Position numbers and translations under genes: made by a program | Source of the DNA: Haliotis cracherodii | Taxonomy: Eukaryota | Length of the DNA: 64,000 nt | Assembly (NCBI RefSeq): GCF_022045235.1 | Contig: NW_027266275.1 | Location: forward strand, 80,166,001 to 80,230,000 | Direction of reading: 5' to 3' | In this document: piece after piece, positions 11,615-26,936 of the stretch | Numbering within the stretch: position 1 is the first letter of the stretch | Layout of the letters: every line of letters begins with the position of its first letter | Notes under the pieces: model-generated | Told to the model about the DNA's origin: nothing | Databases searched by the model: none | The model's input: the letters and a program-made list of their open reading frames with translations, nothing else

Positions 11615-14369
11615 CGTTGACGTCTCCCATGAACACCAATGGACTATGTCATGAATTCTGATCGTAATCAGCTGCCAAACAACCAATCTGTGTCATGACA
11701 CCTTGGCACGGCCAATTGTAACTGTGATATATAGATATACAATGGTGCTATTTTGTAGATACTGATTTGCTTCATGTAAAAGAAATGGATCGTTTGTAAT
11801 AAATGTTACACTGTACCAAACTCTCTTTCTTGAATCATCGTAATATTATTTCTTTAGCGCTACACAGAACAATTTATATTCCAATATGACACATCCAACT
11901 AGTCAGTCCAAGGAGGTTACTCTTTTATAAACAATTAGAAAATACATACTCGTACAACTTTCGATTGCACTTCACCTTCCATCGGTCATTCGTTACCAAG
12001 GATAGTTAGTTTGTGCTTGCATGTCACCTGAAATTACCTTTTCAATGCAATACATGGAATGCATACGAATTCTCTTATTGACACTTAAAATAGGTGTGAT
12101 AAATAGGAAGAGCGCACTCCTCATTTTTATCATGAGAAAACACTCTTGAAGTGTATCATGATAACCTGATTAGCACAAGTAGTTGCATGCCTTTGACACA
12201 AAGGAGATTAACAAAGAGGCCACCAGTGAAAGTGACATGGCTGCAGCAAGCGAAATAAAAAACCTTAACGTATGTTGACAAGCATAAATTGATTTTCACA
12301 CGCCATATCCTAACCATGTTTTCTATATGCGTCAACGAATGTGGTGTCAGCGACATTCGGCAGAATTAATCAACGATCAATCATTGTTGGCAGTAAAATT
12401 GTGAAGAGTGAAACCCTTTCTTTCCGGATGGTGCCATTCCTTGTAAAAAACGTCCGGAAAGACGAAATATATATGGATACGGCGAAAACTTTGTGTTTTC
12501 ATATAAACATTCCAAACAAGACTGCATTATTTAACTGGAGTGGCTACAAGTCATACAATGTTTTCGAAACCTCTGTAGCTGTCTGTTCCTTAATTACTTA
12601 CCACCAATTGAAAGCGGACTATGATTAAGGATTCCAAATCAAAGACAAAAGAATCTTATTCAGAATATTATGGTATGTTCAAGGAACCCTCTTTTTATTT
12701 CATTATAATATATATTTCGGCAATGAAGGCAATGTTTATTTTTTCTCGGGTTCGTGATTAGCTGATAGTTTTAATCCATTTTTGAATTCCAATAACGCCA
12801 ATAAGTAAGTAATAATTTGTAAAACATTCAGGGATGTACCAATTATTTATTTAACAAAGAAGTCAATAATGTCCTTTCAGTGTTAACAATTTCATGTTGT
12901 TTCAAGATCACAGGGCCACAGAGCAATGATAATAATAATAAGGCAGGAGACATGCTAACATACTGAGACTGAGTGTGTTGTCTGACATGGCGACGTCTAC
13001 ATCGACGTTGTTGCACCAAGGCATGGCGGGACACTGATACACACTTAGTTGAGGAGGATTAAAAATACTTGATCTTTATGATGTTTTGATGATAGATAAT
13101 CTCTTATCACGACATGTGTCATTACATTCTTTATCCTCATAAAACGGGAGAAAATGTTGCTGTGTTGATCACTTTGGTTTCTTAACAATCTTGGTGAACC
13201 TAACTACTTGAAATGCATCCTTCAATTCCTCTTATGAATAGCTTTGGTGAGGAACTAACACATACAGTGTATTACAGAAGGTAGCAACATGTAAACAGAG
13301 AGATAGCAATAATGGAACATTGTAGTTCAGAAATATGAAACTAATATCTTATATTTGGGTACTTTCTATATGCTTAACTTGATTGTTACATACTATGCGA
13401 ATATGTGCTCCCAATAACAGCAGTGCAATGAAACCTTGCAATCAGCATTTAAGAATCGCTTTGATGAATATTCACTGAGGCGTGTAATCGTTCACTCTAA
13501 AAGCTGACGAGGTGTTTTCTTAAAGGAAACTAGGAACTAGCTGAGATTAACGGGATGAGTGTGATCCGGGAGACAGGATCAGACAGTGATTGTTCGACAG
13601 TCAGATGAGACAGGGAGACGGGCTTGTTACTGTGGAGGAGCATGATAGCCGCTGTCTGGGAACTGAATAGTGAAAAGAGTATGTACCTGTAAAGATGAAG
13701 GCCATCTTACACTGACGAATTGTGAATATGCATACGCCGTGATTTAAAGAAGCATATACAGTTTCTGGGACTTGGCACCAATATATAAATATACCGAATA
13801 TACATGTAAGATCAGAATTAGTTGTGCAATTTCATTGAATCAAGAAAGCGTAATTCAATCTGACAACATCGGATTCCTGTATATAGCTTATGCGTATATT
13901 AAAATAACAATGTTTAATGTCAGAGAATCTATATTTCATGCCTTAAGAAGATAACTTCCACATGTACAGTAGTATATTACAGAATATTTTCATAAACACC
14001 TTGCTTGAAACATATGGTAATAAGATCTATGTAATTATTTTTTTCAAATTATTCGTTTGCAAAATATATTATCTGTCAAATCACAGCAGCGCTTAAAATT
14101 ATATCAATGTAGCAGATACGTGTTTATTTTACATACGATGCGTACAATTACACATAATACACGCGACTACCATTTCTCTAAAGCAGATTATAAGCATTGC
14201 CTGAAGGAATATGAACACCTCGCCAACACCCGGCCATTGAATGACCACTCGTCTTGTATACACAAGTAGTTGGGTCTGGTATATAACGCTACACGGGAGC
14301 TATCACATGATCACTTGCATTGCCACATCCTACACTTGCACACCAAAATATCTATCCAACTGTCTGAAA

Positions 14370-15803
14370 ATGTCGCAGTTTAAAATGGCAATTTTCTTTC
14401 TGATATGTGTCGGAAATGTTGGAGGACGAGGTATTGCTTTTCCCAAACAATTGCTAACCCAAGATGTTCGAGTCCTAACTGATACTTATGGGAATGGTGC
14501 ACGACCTCTTGCAGATCTGTCCCCTATTGTTGGAAGGTTGAGTCATCCAGTTGATTATCAAAAGCCTTCAACACAATTCATGGTACAATTGTTTAACATT
14601 CTTCAAAAAGGGGCACCACTTGCAAGAGCGGCAGGCAGAAAGCTGAACACAGCTGATTTCAAGAAAGCAGACACCATCAGGAGCTTCACGGCTAAAGGTA
14701 ATCTTTAACCTGGAGTCAGATCACATACGATTTTAATCATTAACAAACAAATATGAAAAAAGTAAGAAATTCAATATATCAAGGCCAGGGAATAAGCAGT
14801 CTCGATTGTCTGCCGAAACAATTGCAATGCGCATAAAATGCCAAATAGTGATGAAAATTAGATGAATGGCTCGCAGACGTTAAGCATTCACTGCAAGAAT
14901 ATTCTTGATGTAAATGTTTTATTTGTACAACTTTGGTTTTCATGCAATGTATGTTTAATTCCAGACATGACACAAAAGAATGTAAGAAAGAGAGTTGAGC
15001 TATCGTTCAAGATTCCTAGTCTACCTGAAAACGAACGTCTCCGATTAGCTGAGTTCCGGTGCAGACGCTCTGTATCTCCTTTAAAGAAGTACAGGGTCAA
15101 GGTCATCATTCTCAAGGGAGAGAATATCGCACGAAAAGCTAACATCAGGGTCAAACCTATTACACAGGGTGAATATTATGTATTTGACATCAGTCGAGCC
15201 ATCAAAGCCTTCATCAACGGTTACCACGGTGACGCCACCATTCATGTGGAAATACCACGGACATTCTCCAGAATTCTTTTGAAAACAGCATCCGAAACTT
15301 ATGGATACTTACTTGTATTTTATTTGGAAAATCGCCACTTTCTTCAAAACGTTTTGGAAACCTACAAAGTGGAAGAGCATTCCACTTTTGATGGATTAGG
15401 TAATATAGCATCACGCGCTAAAAGATCGGCACATGCCACAAGCAGACGTCGAGAACGCAAGAACAGACGATGGAAGAAGTCCGGGAAGAAACAAGGCTGT
15501 CGTCTGTACGACTTTAACGTGGACTTCAAGACGATCGGCTGGGGACAGTGGATCATCCACCCTACACGCTTCAACTCCAAATTCTGCCACGGAAACTGTC
15601 CCTCCCCCATCGACATCCGATTCAAACCCACCAATCACGCCATGTTGCAGTCACTCATGAGAAGCAAGCGCTCCAACGCTGCTCCCGACCTTTGTTGTGT
15701 CCCAACCAAACTGGAACCTCTCAGCATGATGTACGTGGAGGATGGCGAAGTTGTTGTACGTCATCACGAGGACATGATCGCCTCTGAATGTGGATGTCGA
15801 TGA
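14370..15803 (+). CDS. nodal: Nodal-like precursor, array copy 4; join(14370..14697,14965..15803)
   Basis: Intact; protein identical to copy 1. Confidence 0.88.
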
Positions 15804-18558
15804 CGTTGACGTCTCCCATGAACACCAATGGACTATGTCATGAATTCTGATCGTAATCAGCTGCCAAACAACCAATCTGTGTCATGACACCTTGGCACGG
15901 CCAATTGTAACTGTGATATATAGATATACAATGGTGCTATTTTGTAGATACTGATTTGCTTCATGTAAAAGAAATGGATCGTTTGTAATAAATGTTACAC
16001 TGTACCAAACTCTCTTTCTTGAATCATCGTAATATTATTTCTTTAGCGCTACACAGAACAATTTATATTCCAATATGACACATCCAACTAGTCAGTCCAA
16101 GGAGGTTACTCTTTTATAAACAATTAGAAAATACATACTCGTACAACTTTCGATTGCACTTCACCTTCCATCGGTCATTCGTTACCAAGGATAGTTAGTT
16201 TGTGCTTGCATGTCACCTGAAATTACCTTTTCAATGCAATACATGGAATGCATACGAATTCTCTTATTGACACTTAAAATAGGTGTGATAAATAGGAAGA
16301 GCGCACTCCTCATTTTTATCATGAGAAAACACTCTTGAAGTGTATCATGATAACCTGATTAGCACAAGTAGTTGCATGCCTTTGACACAAAGGAGATTAA
16401 CAAAGAGGCCACCAGTGAAAGTGACATGGCTGCAGCAAGCGAAATAAAAAACCTTAACGTATGTTGACAAGCATAAATTGATTTTCACACGCCATATCCT
16501 AACCATGTTTTCTATATGCGTCAACGAATGTGGTGTCAGCGACATTCGGCAGAATTAATCAACGATCAATCATTGTTGGCAGTAAAATTGTGAAGAGTGA
16601 AACCCTTTCTTTCCGGATGGTGCCATTCCTTGTAAAAAACGTCCGGAAAGACGAAATATATATGGATACGGCGAAAACTTTGTGTTTTCATATAAACATT
16701 CCAAACAAGACTGCATTATTTAACTGGAGTGGCTACAAGTCATACAATGTTTTCGAAACCTCTGTAGCTGTCTGTTCCTTAATTACTTACCACCAATTGA
16801 AAGCGGACTATGATTAAGGATTCCAAATCAAAGACAAAAGAATCTTATTCAGAATATTATGGTATGTTCAAGGAACCCTCTTTTTATTTCATTATAATAT
16901 ATATTTCGGCAATGAAGGCAATGTTTATTTTTTCTCGGGTTCGTGATTAGCTGATAGTTTTAATCCATTTTTGAATTCCAATAACGCCAATAAGTAAGTA
17001 ATAATTTGTAAAACATTCAGGGATGTACCAATTATTTATTTAACAAAGAAGTCAATAATGTCCTTTCAGTGTTAACAATTTCATGTTGTTTCAAGATCAC
17101 AGGGCCACAGAGCAATGATAATAATAATAAGGCAGGAGACATGCTAACATACTGAGACTGAGTGTGTTGTCTGACATGGCGACGTCTACATCGACGTTGT
17201 TGCACCAAGGCATGGCGGGACACTGATACACACTTAGTTGAGGAGGATTAAAAATACTTGATCTTTATGATGTTTTGATGATAGATAATCTCTTATCACG
17301 ACATGTGTCATTACATTCTTTATCCTCATAAAACGGGAGAAAATGTTGCTGTGTTGATCACTTTGGTTTCTTAACAATCTTGGTGAACCTAACTACTTGA
17401 AATGCATCCTTCAATTCCTCTTATGAATAGCTTTGGTGAGGAACTAACACATACAGTGTATTACAGAAGGTAGCAACATGTAAACAGAGAGATAGCAATA
17501 ATGGAACATTGTAGTTCAGAAATATGAAACTAATATCTTATATTTGGGTACTTTCTATATGCTTAACTTGATTGTTACATACTATGCGAATATGTGCTCC
17601 CAATAACAGCAGTGCAATGAAACCTTGCAATCAGCATTTAAGAATCGCTTTGATGAATATTCACTGAGGCGTGTAATCGTTCACTCTAAAAGCTGACGAG
17701 GTGTTTTCTTAAAGGAAACTAGGAACTAGCTGAGATTAACGGGATGAGTGTGATCCGGGAGACAGGATCAGACAGTGATTGTTCGACAGTCAGATGAGAC
17801 AGGGAGACGGGCTTGTTACTGTGGAGGAGCATGATAGCCGCTGTCTGGGAACTGAATAGTGAAAAGAGTATGTACCTGTAAAGATGAAGGCCATCTTACA
17901 CTGACGAATTGTGAATATGCATACGCCGTGATTTAAAGAAGCATATACAGTTTCTGGGACTTGGCACCAATATATAAATATACCGAATATACATGTAAGA
18001 TCAGAATTAGTTGTGCAATTTCATTGAATCAAGAAAGCGTAATTCAATCTGACAACATCGGATTCCTGTATATAGCTTATGCGTATATTAAAATAACAAT
18101 GTTTAATGTCAGAGAATCTATATTTCATGCCTTAAGAAGATAACTTCCACATGTACAGTAGTATATTACAGAATATTTTCATAAACACCTTGCTTGAAAC
18201 ATATGGTAATAAGATCTATGTAATTATTTTTTTCAAATTATTCGTTTGCAAAATATATTATCTGTCAAATCACAGCAACGCTTAAAATTATATCAATGTA
18301 GCAGATACGTGTTTATTTTACATACGATGCGTACAATTACACATAATACACGCGACTACCATTTCTCTAAAGCAGATTATAAGCATTGCCTGAAGGAATA
18401 TGAACACCTCGCCAACACCCGGCCATTGAATGACCACTCGTCTTGTATACACAAGTAGTTGGGTCTGGTATATAACGCTACACGGGAGCTATCACATGAT
18501 CACTTGCATTGCCACATCCTACACTTGCACACCAAAATATCTATCCAACTGTCTGAAA

Positions 18559-19992
18559 ATGTCGCAGTTTAAAATGGCAATTTTCTTTCTGATATGTGTC
18601 GGAAATGTTGGAGGACGAGGTATTGCTTTTCCCAAACAATTGCTAACCCAAGATGTTCGAGTCCTAACTGATACTTATGGGAATGGTGCACGACCTCTTG
18701 CAGATCTGTCCCCTATTGTTGGAAGGTTGAGTCATCCAGTTGATTATCAAAAGCCTTCAACACAATTCATGGTACAATTGTTTAACATTCTTCAAAAAGG
18801 GGCACCACTTGCAAGAGCGGCAGGCAGAAAGCTGAACACAGCTGATTTCAAGAAAGCAGACACCATCAGGAGCTTCACGGCTAAAGGTAATCTTTAACCT
18901 GGAGTCAGATCACATACGATTTTAATCATTAACAAACAAATATGAAAAAAGTAAGAAATTCAATATATCAAGGCCAGGGAATAAGCAGTCTCGATTGTCT
19001 GCCGAAACAATTGCAATGCGCATAAAATGCCAAATAGTGATGGAAATTAGATGAATGGCTCGCAGACGTTAAGCATTCACTGCAAGAATATTCTTGATGT
19101 AAATGTTTTATTTGTACAACTTTGGTTTTCATGCAATGTATGTTTAATTCCAGACATGACACAAAAGAATGTAAGAAAGAGAGTTGAGCTATCGTTCAAG
19201 ATTCCTAGTCTACCTGAGAACGAACGTCTCCGATTAGCTGAGTTCCGGTGCAGACGCTCTGTATCTCCTTTAAAGAAGTACAGGGTCAAGGTCATCATTC
19301 TCAAGGGAGAGAATATCGCACGAAAAGCTAACATCAGGGTCAAACCTATTACACAGGGTGAATATTATGTATTTGACATCAGTCGAGCCATCAAAGCCTT
19401 CATCAACGGTTACCACGGTGACGCCACCATTCATGTGGAAATACCACGGACATTCTCCAGAATTCTTTTGAAAACAGCATCCGAAACTTATGGATACTTA
19501 CTTGTATTTTATTTGGAAAATCGCCACTTTCTTCAAAACGTTTTGGAAACCTACAAAGTGGAAGAGCATTCCACTTTTGATGGATTAGGTAATATAGCAT
19601 CACGCGCTAAAAGATCGGCACATGCCACAAGCAGACGTCGAGAACGCAAGAACAGACGATGGAAGAAGTCCGGGAAGAAACAAGGCTGTCGTCTGTACGA
19701 CTTTAACGTGGACTTCAAGACGATCGGCTGGGGACAGTGGATCATCCACCCTACACGCTTCAACTCCAAATTCTGCCACGGAAACTGTCCCTCCCCCATC
19801 GACATCCGATTCAAACCCACCAATCACGCCATGTTGCAGTCACTCATGAGAAGCAAGCGCTCCAACGCTGCTCCCGACCTTTGTTGTGTCCCAACCAAAC
19901 TGGAACCTCTCAGCATGATGTACGTGGAGGATGGCGAAGTTGTTGTACGTCATCACGAGGACATGATCGCCTCAGAATGTGGATGTCAATGA
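18559..19992 (+). CDS. nodal: Nodal-like precursor, array copy 5; join(18559..18886,19154..19992)
   Basis: Intact; C-terminal ECGCR>ECGCQ. Confidence 0.88.
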
Positions 19993-22747
19993 CGTTGACG
20001 TCTCCCATGAACACCAATGGACTATGTCATGAATTCTGATCGTAATCAGCTGCCAAACAACCAATCTGTGTCATGACACCTTGGCACGGCCAATTGTAAC
20101 TGTGATATATAGATATACAATGGTGCTATTTTGTAGATACTGATTTGCTTCATGTAAAAGAAATGGATCGTTTGTAATAAATGTTACACTGTACCAAACT
20201 CTCTTTCTTGAATCATCGTAATATTATTTCTTTAGCGCTACACAGAACAATTTATATTCCAATATGACACATCCAACTAGTCAGTCCAAGGAGGTTACTC
20301 TTTTATAAACAATTAGAAAATACATACTCGTACAACTTTCGATTGCACTTCACCTTCCATCGGTCATTCGTTACCAAGGATAGTTAGTTTGTGCTTGCAT
20401 GTCACCTGAAATTACCTTTTCAATGCAATACATGGAATGCATACGAATTCTCTTATTGACACTTAAAATAGGTGTGATAAATAGGAAGAGCGCACTCCTC
20501 ATTTTTATCATGAGAAAACACTCTTGAAGTGTATCATGATAACCTGATTAGCACAAGTAGTTGCATGCCTTTGACACAAAGGAGATTAACAAAGAGGCCA
20601 CCAGTGAAAGTGACATGGCTGCAGCAAGCGAAATAAAAAACCTTAACGTATGTTGACAAGCATAAATTGATTTTCACACGCCATATCCTAACCATGTTTT
20701 CTATATGCGTCAACGAATGTGGTGTCAGCGACATTCGGCAGAATTAATCAACGATCAATCATTGTTGGCAGTAAAATTGTGAAGAGTGAAACCCTTTCTT
20801 TCCGGATGGTGCCATTCCTTGTAAAAAACGTCCGGAAAGACGAAATATATATGGATACGGCGAAAACTTTGTGTTTTCATATATACATTCCAAACAAGAC
20901 TGCATTATTTAACTGGAGTGGCTACAAGTCATACAATGTTTTCGAAACCTCTGTAGCTGTCTGTTCCTTAATTACTTACCACCATTTGAAAGCGGACTAT
21001 GATTAAGGATTCCAAATCAAAGACAAAAGAATCTTATTCAGAATATTATGGTATGTTCAAGGAACCCTCTTTTTATTTCATTATAATATATATTTCGGCA
21101 ATGAAGGCAATGTTTATTTTTTCTCGGGTTCGTGATTAGCTGATAGTTTTAATCCATTTTTGAATTCCAATAACGCCAATAAGTAAGTAATAATTTGTAA
21201 AACATTCAGGGATGTACCAATTATTTATTTAACAAAGAAGTCAATAATGTCCTTTCAGTGTTAACAATTTCATGTTGTTTCAAGATCACAGGGCCACAGA
21301 GCAATGATAATAATAATAAGGCAGGAGACATGCTAACATACTGAGACTGAGTGTGTTGTCTGACATGGCGACGTCTACATCGACGTTGTTGCACCAAGGC
21401 ATGGCGGGACACTGATACACACTTAGTTGAGGAGGATTAAAAATACTTGATCTTTATGATGTTTTGATGATAGATAATCTCTTATCACGACATGTGTCAT
21501 TACATTCTTTATCCTCATAAAACGGGAGAAAATGTTGCTGTGTTGATCACTTTGGTTTCTTAACAATCTTGGTGAACTTAACTACTTGAAATGCATCCTT
21601 CAATTCCTCTTATGAATAGCTTTGGTGAGGAACTAACACATACAGTGTATTACAGAAGGTAGCAACATGTAAACAGAGAGATAGCAATAATGGAACATTG
21701 TAGTTCAGAAATATGAAACTAATATCTTATATTTGGGTACTTTCTATATGCTTAACTTGATTGTTACATACTATGCGAATATGTGCTCCCAATAACAGCA
21801 GTGCAATGAAACCTTGCAATCAGCATTTAAGAATCGCTTTGATGAATATTCACTGAGGCGTGTAATCGTTCACTCTAAAAGCTGACGAGGTGTTTTCTTA
21901 AAGGAAACTAGGAACTAGCTGAGATTAACGGGATGAGTGTGATCCGGGAGACAGGATCAGACAGTGATTGTTCGACAGTCAGATGAGACAGGGAGACGGG
22001 CTTGTTACTGTGGAGGAGCATGATAGCCGCTGTCTGGGAACTGAATAGTGAAAAGAGTATGTACCTGTAAAGATGAAGGCCATCTTACACTGACGAATTG
22101 TGAATATGCATACGCCGTGATTTAAAGAAGCATATACAGTTTCTGGGACTTGGCACCAATATATAAATATACCGAATATACATGTAAGATCAGAATTAGT
22201 TGTGCAATTTCATTGAATCAAGAAAGCGTAATTCAATCTGACAACATCGGATTCCTGTATATAGCTTATGCGTATATTAAAATAACAATGTTTAATGTCA
22301 GAGAATCTATATTTCATGCCTTAAGAAGATAACTTCCACATGTACAGTAGTATATTACAGAATATTTTCATAAACACCTTGCTGGAAACATATGGTAATA
22401 AGATCTATGTAATTATTTTTTTCAAATTATTCGTTTGCAAAATATATTATCTGTCAAATCACAGCAACGCTTAAAATTATATCAATGTAGCAGATACGTG
22501 TTTATTTTACATACGATGCGTACAATTACACATAATACACGCGACTACCATTTCTCTAAAGCAGATTATAAGCATTGCCTGAAGGAATATGAACACCTCG
22601 CCAACACCCGGCCATTGAATGACCACTCGTCTTGTATACACAAGTAGTTGGGTCTGGTATATAACGCTACACGGGAGCTATCACATGATCACTTGCATTG
22701 CCACATCCTACACTTGCACACCAAAATATCTATCCAACTGTCTGAAA

Positions 22748-24181
22748 ATGTCGCAGTTTAAAATGGCAATTTTCTTTCTGATATGTGTCGGAAATGTTGG
22801 AGGACGAGGTATTGCTTTTCCCAAACAATTGCTAACCCAAGATGTTCGAGTCCTAACTGATACTTATGGGAATGGTGCACGACCTCTTGCAGATCTGTCC
22901 CCTATTGTTGGAAGGTTGAGTCATCCAGTTGATTATCAAAAGCCTTCAACACAATTCATGGTACAATTGTTTAACATTCTTCAAAAAGGGGCACCACTTG
23001 CAAGAGCGGCAGGCAGAAAGCTGAACACAGCTGATTTCAAGAAAGCAGACACCATCAGGAGCTTCACGGCTAAAGGTAATCTTTAACCTGGAGTCAGATC
23101 ACATACGATTTTAATCATTAACAAACAAATATGAAAAAAGTAAGAAATTCAATATATCAAGGCCAGGGAATAAGCAGTCTCGATTGTCTGCCGAAACAAT
23201 TGCAATGCGCATAAAATGCCAAATAGTGATGGAAATTAGATGAATGGCTCGCAGACGTTAAGCATTCACTGCAAGAATATTCTTGATGTAAATGTTTTAT
23301 TTGTACAACTTTGGTTTTCATGCAATGTATGTTTAATTCCAGACATGACACAAAAGAATGTAAGAAAGAGAGTTGAGCTATCGTTCAAGATTCCTAGTCT
23401 ACCTGAGAACGAACGTCTCCGATTAGCTGAGTTCCGGTGCAGACGCTCTGTATCTCCTTTAAAGAAGTACAGGGTCAAGGTCATCATTCTCAAGGGAGAG
23501 AATATCGCACGAAAAGCTAACATCAGGGTCAAACCTATTACACAGGGTGAATATTATGTATTTGACATCAGTCGAGCCATCAAAGCCTTCATCAACGGTT
23601 ACCACGGTGACGCCACCATTCATGTGGAAATACCACGGACATTCTCCAGAATTCTTTTGAAAACAGCATCCGAAACTTATGGATACTTACTTGTATTTTA
23701 TTTGGAAAATCGCCACTTTCTTCAAAACGTTTTGGAAACCTACAAAGTGGAAGAGCATTCCACTTTTGATGGATTAGGTAATATAGCATCACGCGCTAAA
23801 AGATCGGCACATGCCACAAGCAGACGTCGAGAACGCAAGAACAGACGATGGAAGAAGTCCGGGAAGAAACAAGGCTGTCGTCTGTACGACTTTAACGTGG
23901 ACTTCAAGACGATCGGCTGGGGACAGTGGATCATCCACCCTACACGCTTCAACTCCAAATTCTGCCACGGAAACTGTCCCTACCCCATCGACATCCGATT
24001 CAAACCCACCAATCACGCCATGTTGCAGTCACTCATGAGAAGCAAGCGCTCCAACGCTGCTCCCGACCTTTGTTGTGTCCCAACCAAACTGGAACCTCTC
24101 AGCATGATGTACGTGGAGGATGGCGAAGTTGTTGTACGTCATCACGAGGACATGATCGCCTCAGAATGTGGATGTCAATGA
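22748..24181 (+). CDS. nodal: Nodal-like precursor, array copy 6; join(22748..23075,23343..24181)
   Basis: Intact; CPSP>CPYP and ECGCR>ECGCQ. Confidence 0.88.
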
Positions 24182-26936
24182 CGTTGACGTCTCCCATGAA
24201 CACCAATGGACTATGTCATGAATTCTGATCGTAATCAGCTGCCAAACAACCAATCTGTGTCATGACACCTTGGCACGGCCAATTGTAACTGTGATATATA
24301 GATATACAATGGTGCTATTTTGTAGATACTGATTTGCTTCATGTAAAAGAAATGGATCGTTTGTAATAAATGTTACACTGTACCAAACTCTCTTTCTTGA
24401 ATCATCGTAATATTATTTCTTTAGCGCTACACAGAACAATTTATATTCCAATATGACACATCCAACTAGTCAGTCCAAGGAGGTTACTCTTTTATAAACA
24501 ATTAGAAAATACATACTCGTACAACTTTCGATTGCACTTCACCTTCCATCGGTCATTCGTTACCAAGGATAGTTAGTTTGTGCTTGCATGTCACCTGAAA
24601 TTACCTTTTCAATGCAATACATGGAATGCATACGAATTCTCTTATTGACACTTAAAATAGGTGTGATAAATAGGAAGAGCGCACTCCTCATTTTTATCAT
24701 GAGAAAACACTCTTGAAGTGTATCATGATAACCTGATTAGCACAAGTAGTTGCATGCCTTTGACACAAAGGAGATTAACAAAGAGGCCACCAGTGAAAGT
24801 GACATGGCTGCAGCAAGCGAAATAAAAAACCTTAACGTATGTTGACAAGCATAAATTGATTTTCACACGCCATATCCTAACCATGTTTTCTATATGCGTC
24901 AACGAATGTGGTGTCAGCGACATTCGGCAGAATTAATCAACGATCAATCATTGTTGGCAGTAAAATTGTGAAGAGTGAAACCCTTTCTTTCCGGATGGTG
25001 CCATTCCTTGTAAAAAACGTCCGGAAAGACGAAATATATATGGATACGGCGAAAACTTTGTGTTTTCATATATACATTCCAAACAAGACTGCATTATTTA
25101 ACTGGAGTGGCTACAAGTCATACAATGTTTTCGAAACCTCTGTAGCTGTCTGTTCCTTAATTACTTACCACCATTTGAAAGCGGACTATGATTAAGGATT
25201 CCAAATCAAAGACAAAAGAATCTTATTCAGAATATTATGGTATGTTCAAGGAACCCTCTTTTTATTTCATTATAATATATATTTCGGCAATGAAGGCAAT
25301 GTTTATTTTTTCTCGGGTTCGTGATTAGCTGATAGTTTTAATCCATTTTTGAATTCCAATAACGCCAATAAGTAAGTAATAATTTGTAAAACATTCAGGG
25401 ATGTACCAATTATTTATTTAACAAAGAAGTCAATAATGTCCTTTCAGTGTTAACAATTTCATGTTGTTTCAAGATCACAGGGCCACAGAGCAATGATAAT
25501 AATAATAAGGCAGGAGACATGCTAACATACTGAGACTGAGTGTGTTGTCTGACATGGCGACGTCTACATCGACGTTGTTGCACCAAGGCATGGCGGGACA
25601 CTGATACACACTTAGTTGAGGAGGATTAAAAATACTTGATCTTTATGATGTTTTGATGATAGATAATCTCTTATCACGACATGTGTCATTACATTCTTTA
25701 TCCTCATAAAACGGGAGAAAATGTTGCTGTGTTGATCACTTTGGTTTCTTAACAATCTTGGTGAACTTAACTACTTGAAATGCATCCTTCAATTCCTCTT
25801 ATGAATAGCTTTGGTGAGGAACTAACACATACAGTGTATTACAGAAGGTAGCAACATGTAAACAGAGAGATAGCAATAATGGAACATTGTAGTTCAGAAA
25901 TATGAAACTAATATCTTATATTTGGGTACTTTCTATATGCTTAACTTGATTGTTACATACTATGCGAATATGTGCTCCCAATAACAGCAGTGCAATGAAA
26001 CCTTGCAATCAGCATTTAAGAATCGCTTTGATGAATATTCACTGAGGCGTGTAATCGTTCACTCTAAAAGCTGACGAGGTGTTTTCTTAAAGGAAACTAG
26101 GAACTAGCTGAGATTAACGGGATGAGTGTGATCCGGGAGACAGGATCAGACAGTGATTGTTCGACAGTCAGATGAGACAGGGAGACGGGCTTGTTACTGT
26201 GGAGGAGCATGATAGCCGCTGTCTGGGAACTGAATAGTGAAAAGAGTATGTACCTGTAAAGATGAAGGCCATCTTACACTGACGAATTGTGAATATGCAT
26301 ACGCCGTGATTTAAAGAAGCATATACAGTTTCTGGGACTTGGCACCAATATATAAATATACCGAATATACATGTAAGATCAGAATTAGTTGTGCAATTTC
26401 ATTGAATCAAGAAAGCGTAATTCAATCTGACAACATCGGATTCCTGTATATAGCTTATGCGTATATTAAAATAACAATGTTTAATGTCAGAGAATCTATA
26501 TTTCATGCCTTAAGAAGATAACTTCCACATGTACAGTAGTATATTACAGAATATTTTCATAAACACCTTGCTGGAAACATATGGTAATAAGATCTATGTA
26601 ATTATTTTTTTCAAATTATTCGTTTGCAAAATATATTATCTGTCAAATCACAGCAACGCTTAAAATTATATCAATGTAGCAGATACGTGTTTATTTTACA
26701 TACGATGCGTACAATTACACATAATACACGCGACTACCATTTCTCTAAAGCAGATTATAAGCATTGCCTGAAGGAATATGAACACCTCGCCAACACCCGG
26801 CCATTGAATGACCACTCGTCTTGTATACACAAGTAGTTGGGTCTGGTATATAACGCTACACGGGAGCTATCACATGATCACTTGCATTGCCACATCCTAC
26901 ACTTGCACACCAAAATATCTATCCAACTGTCTGAAA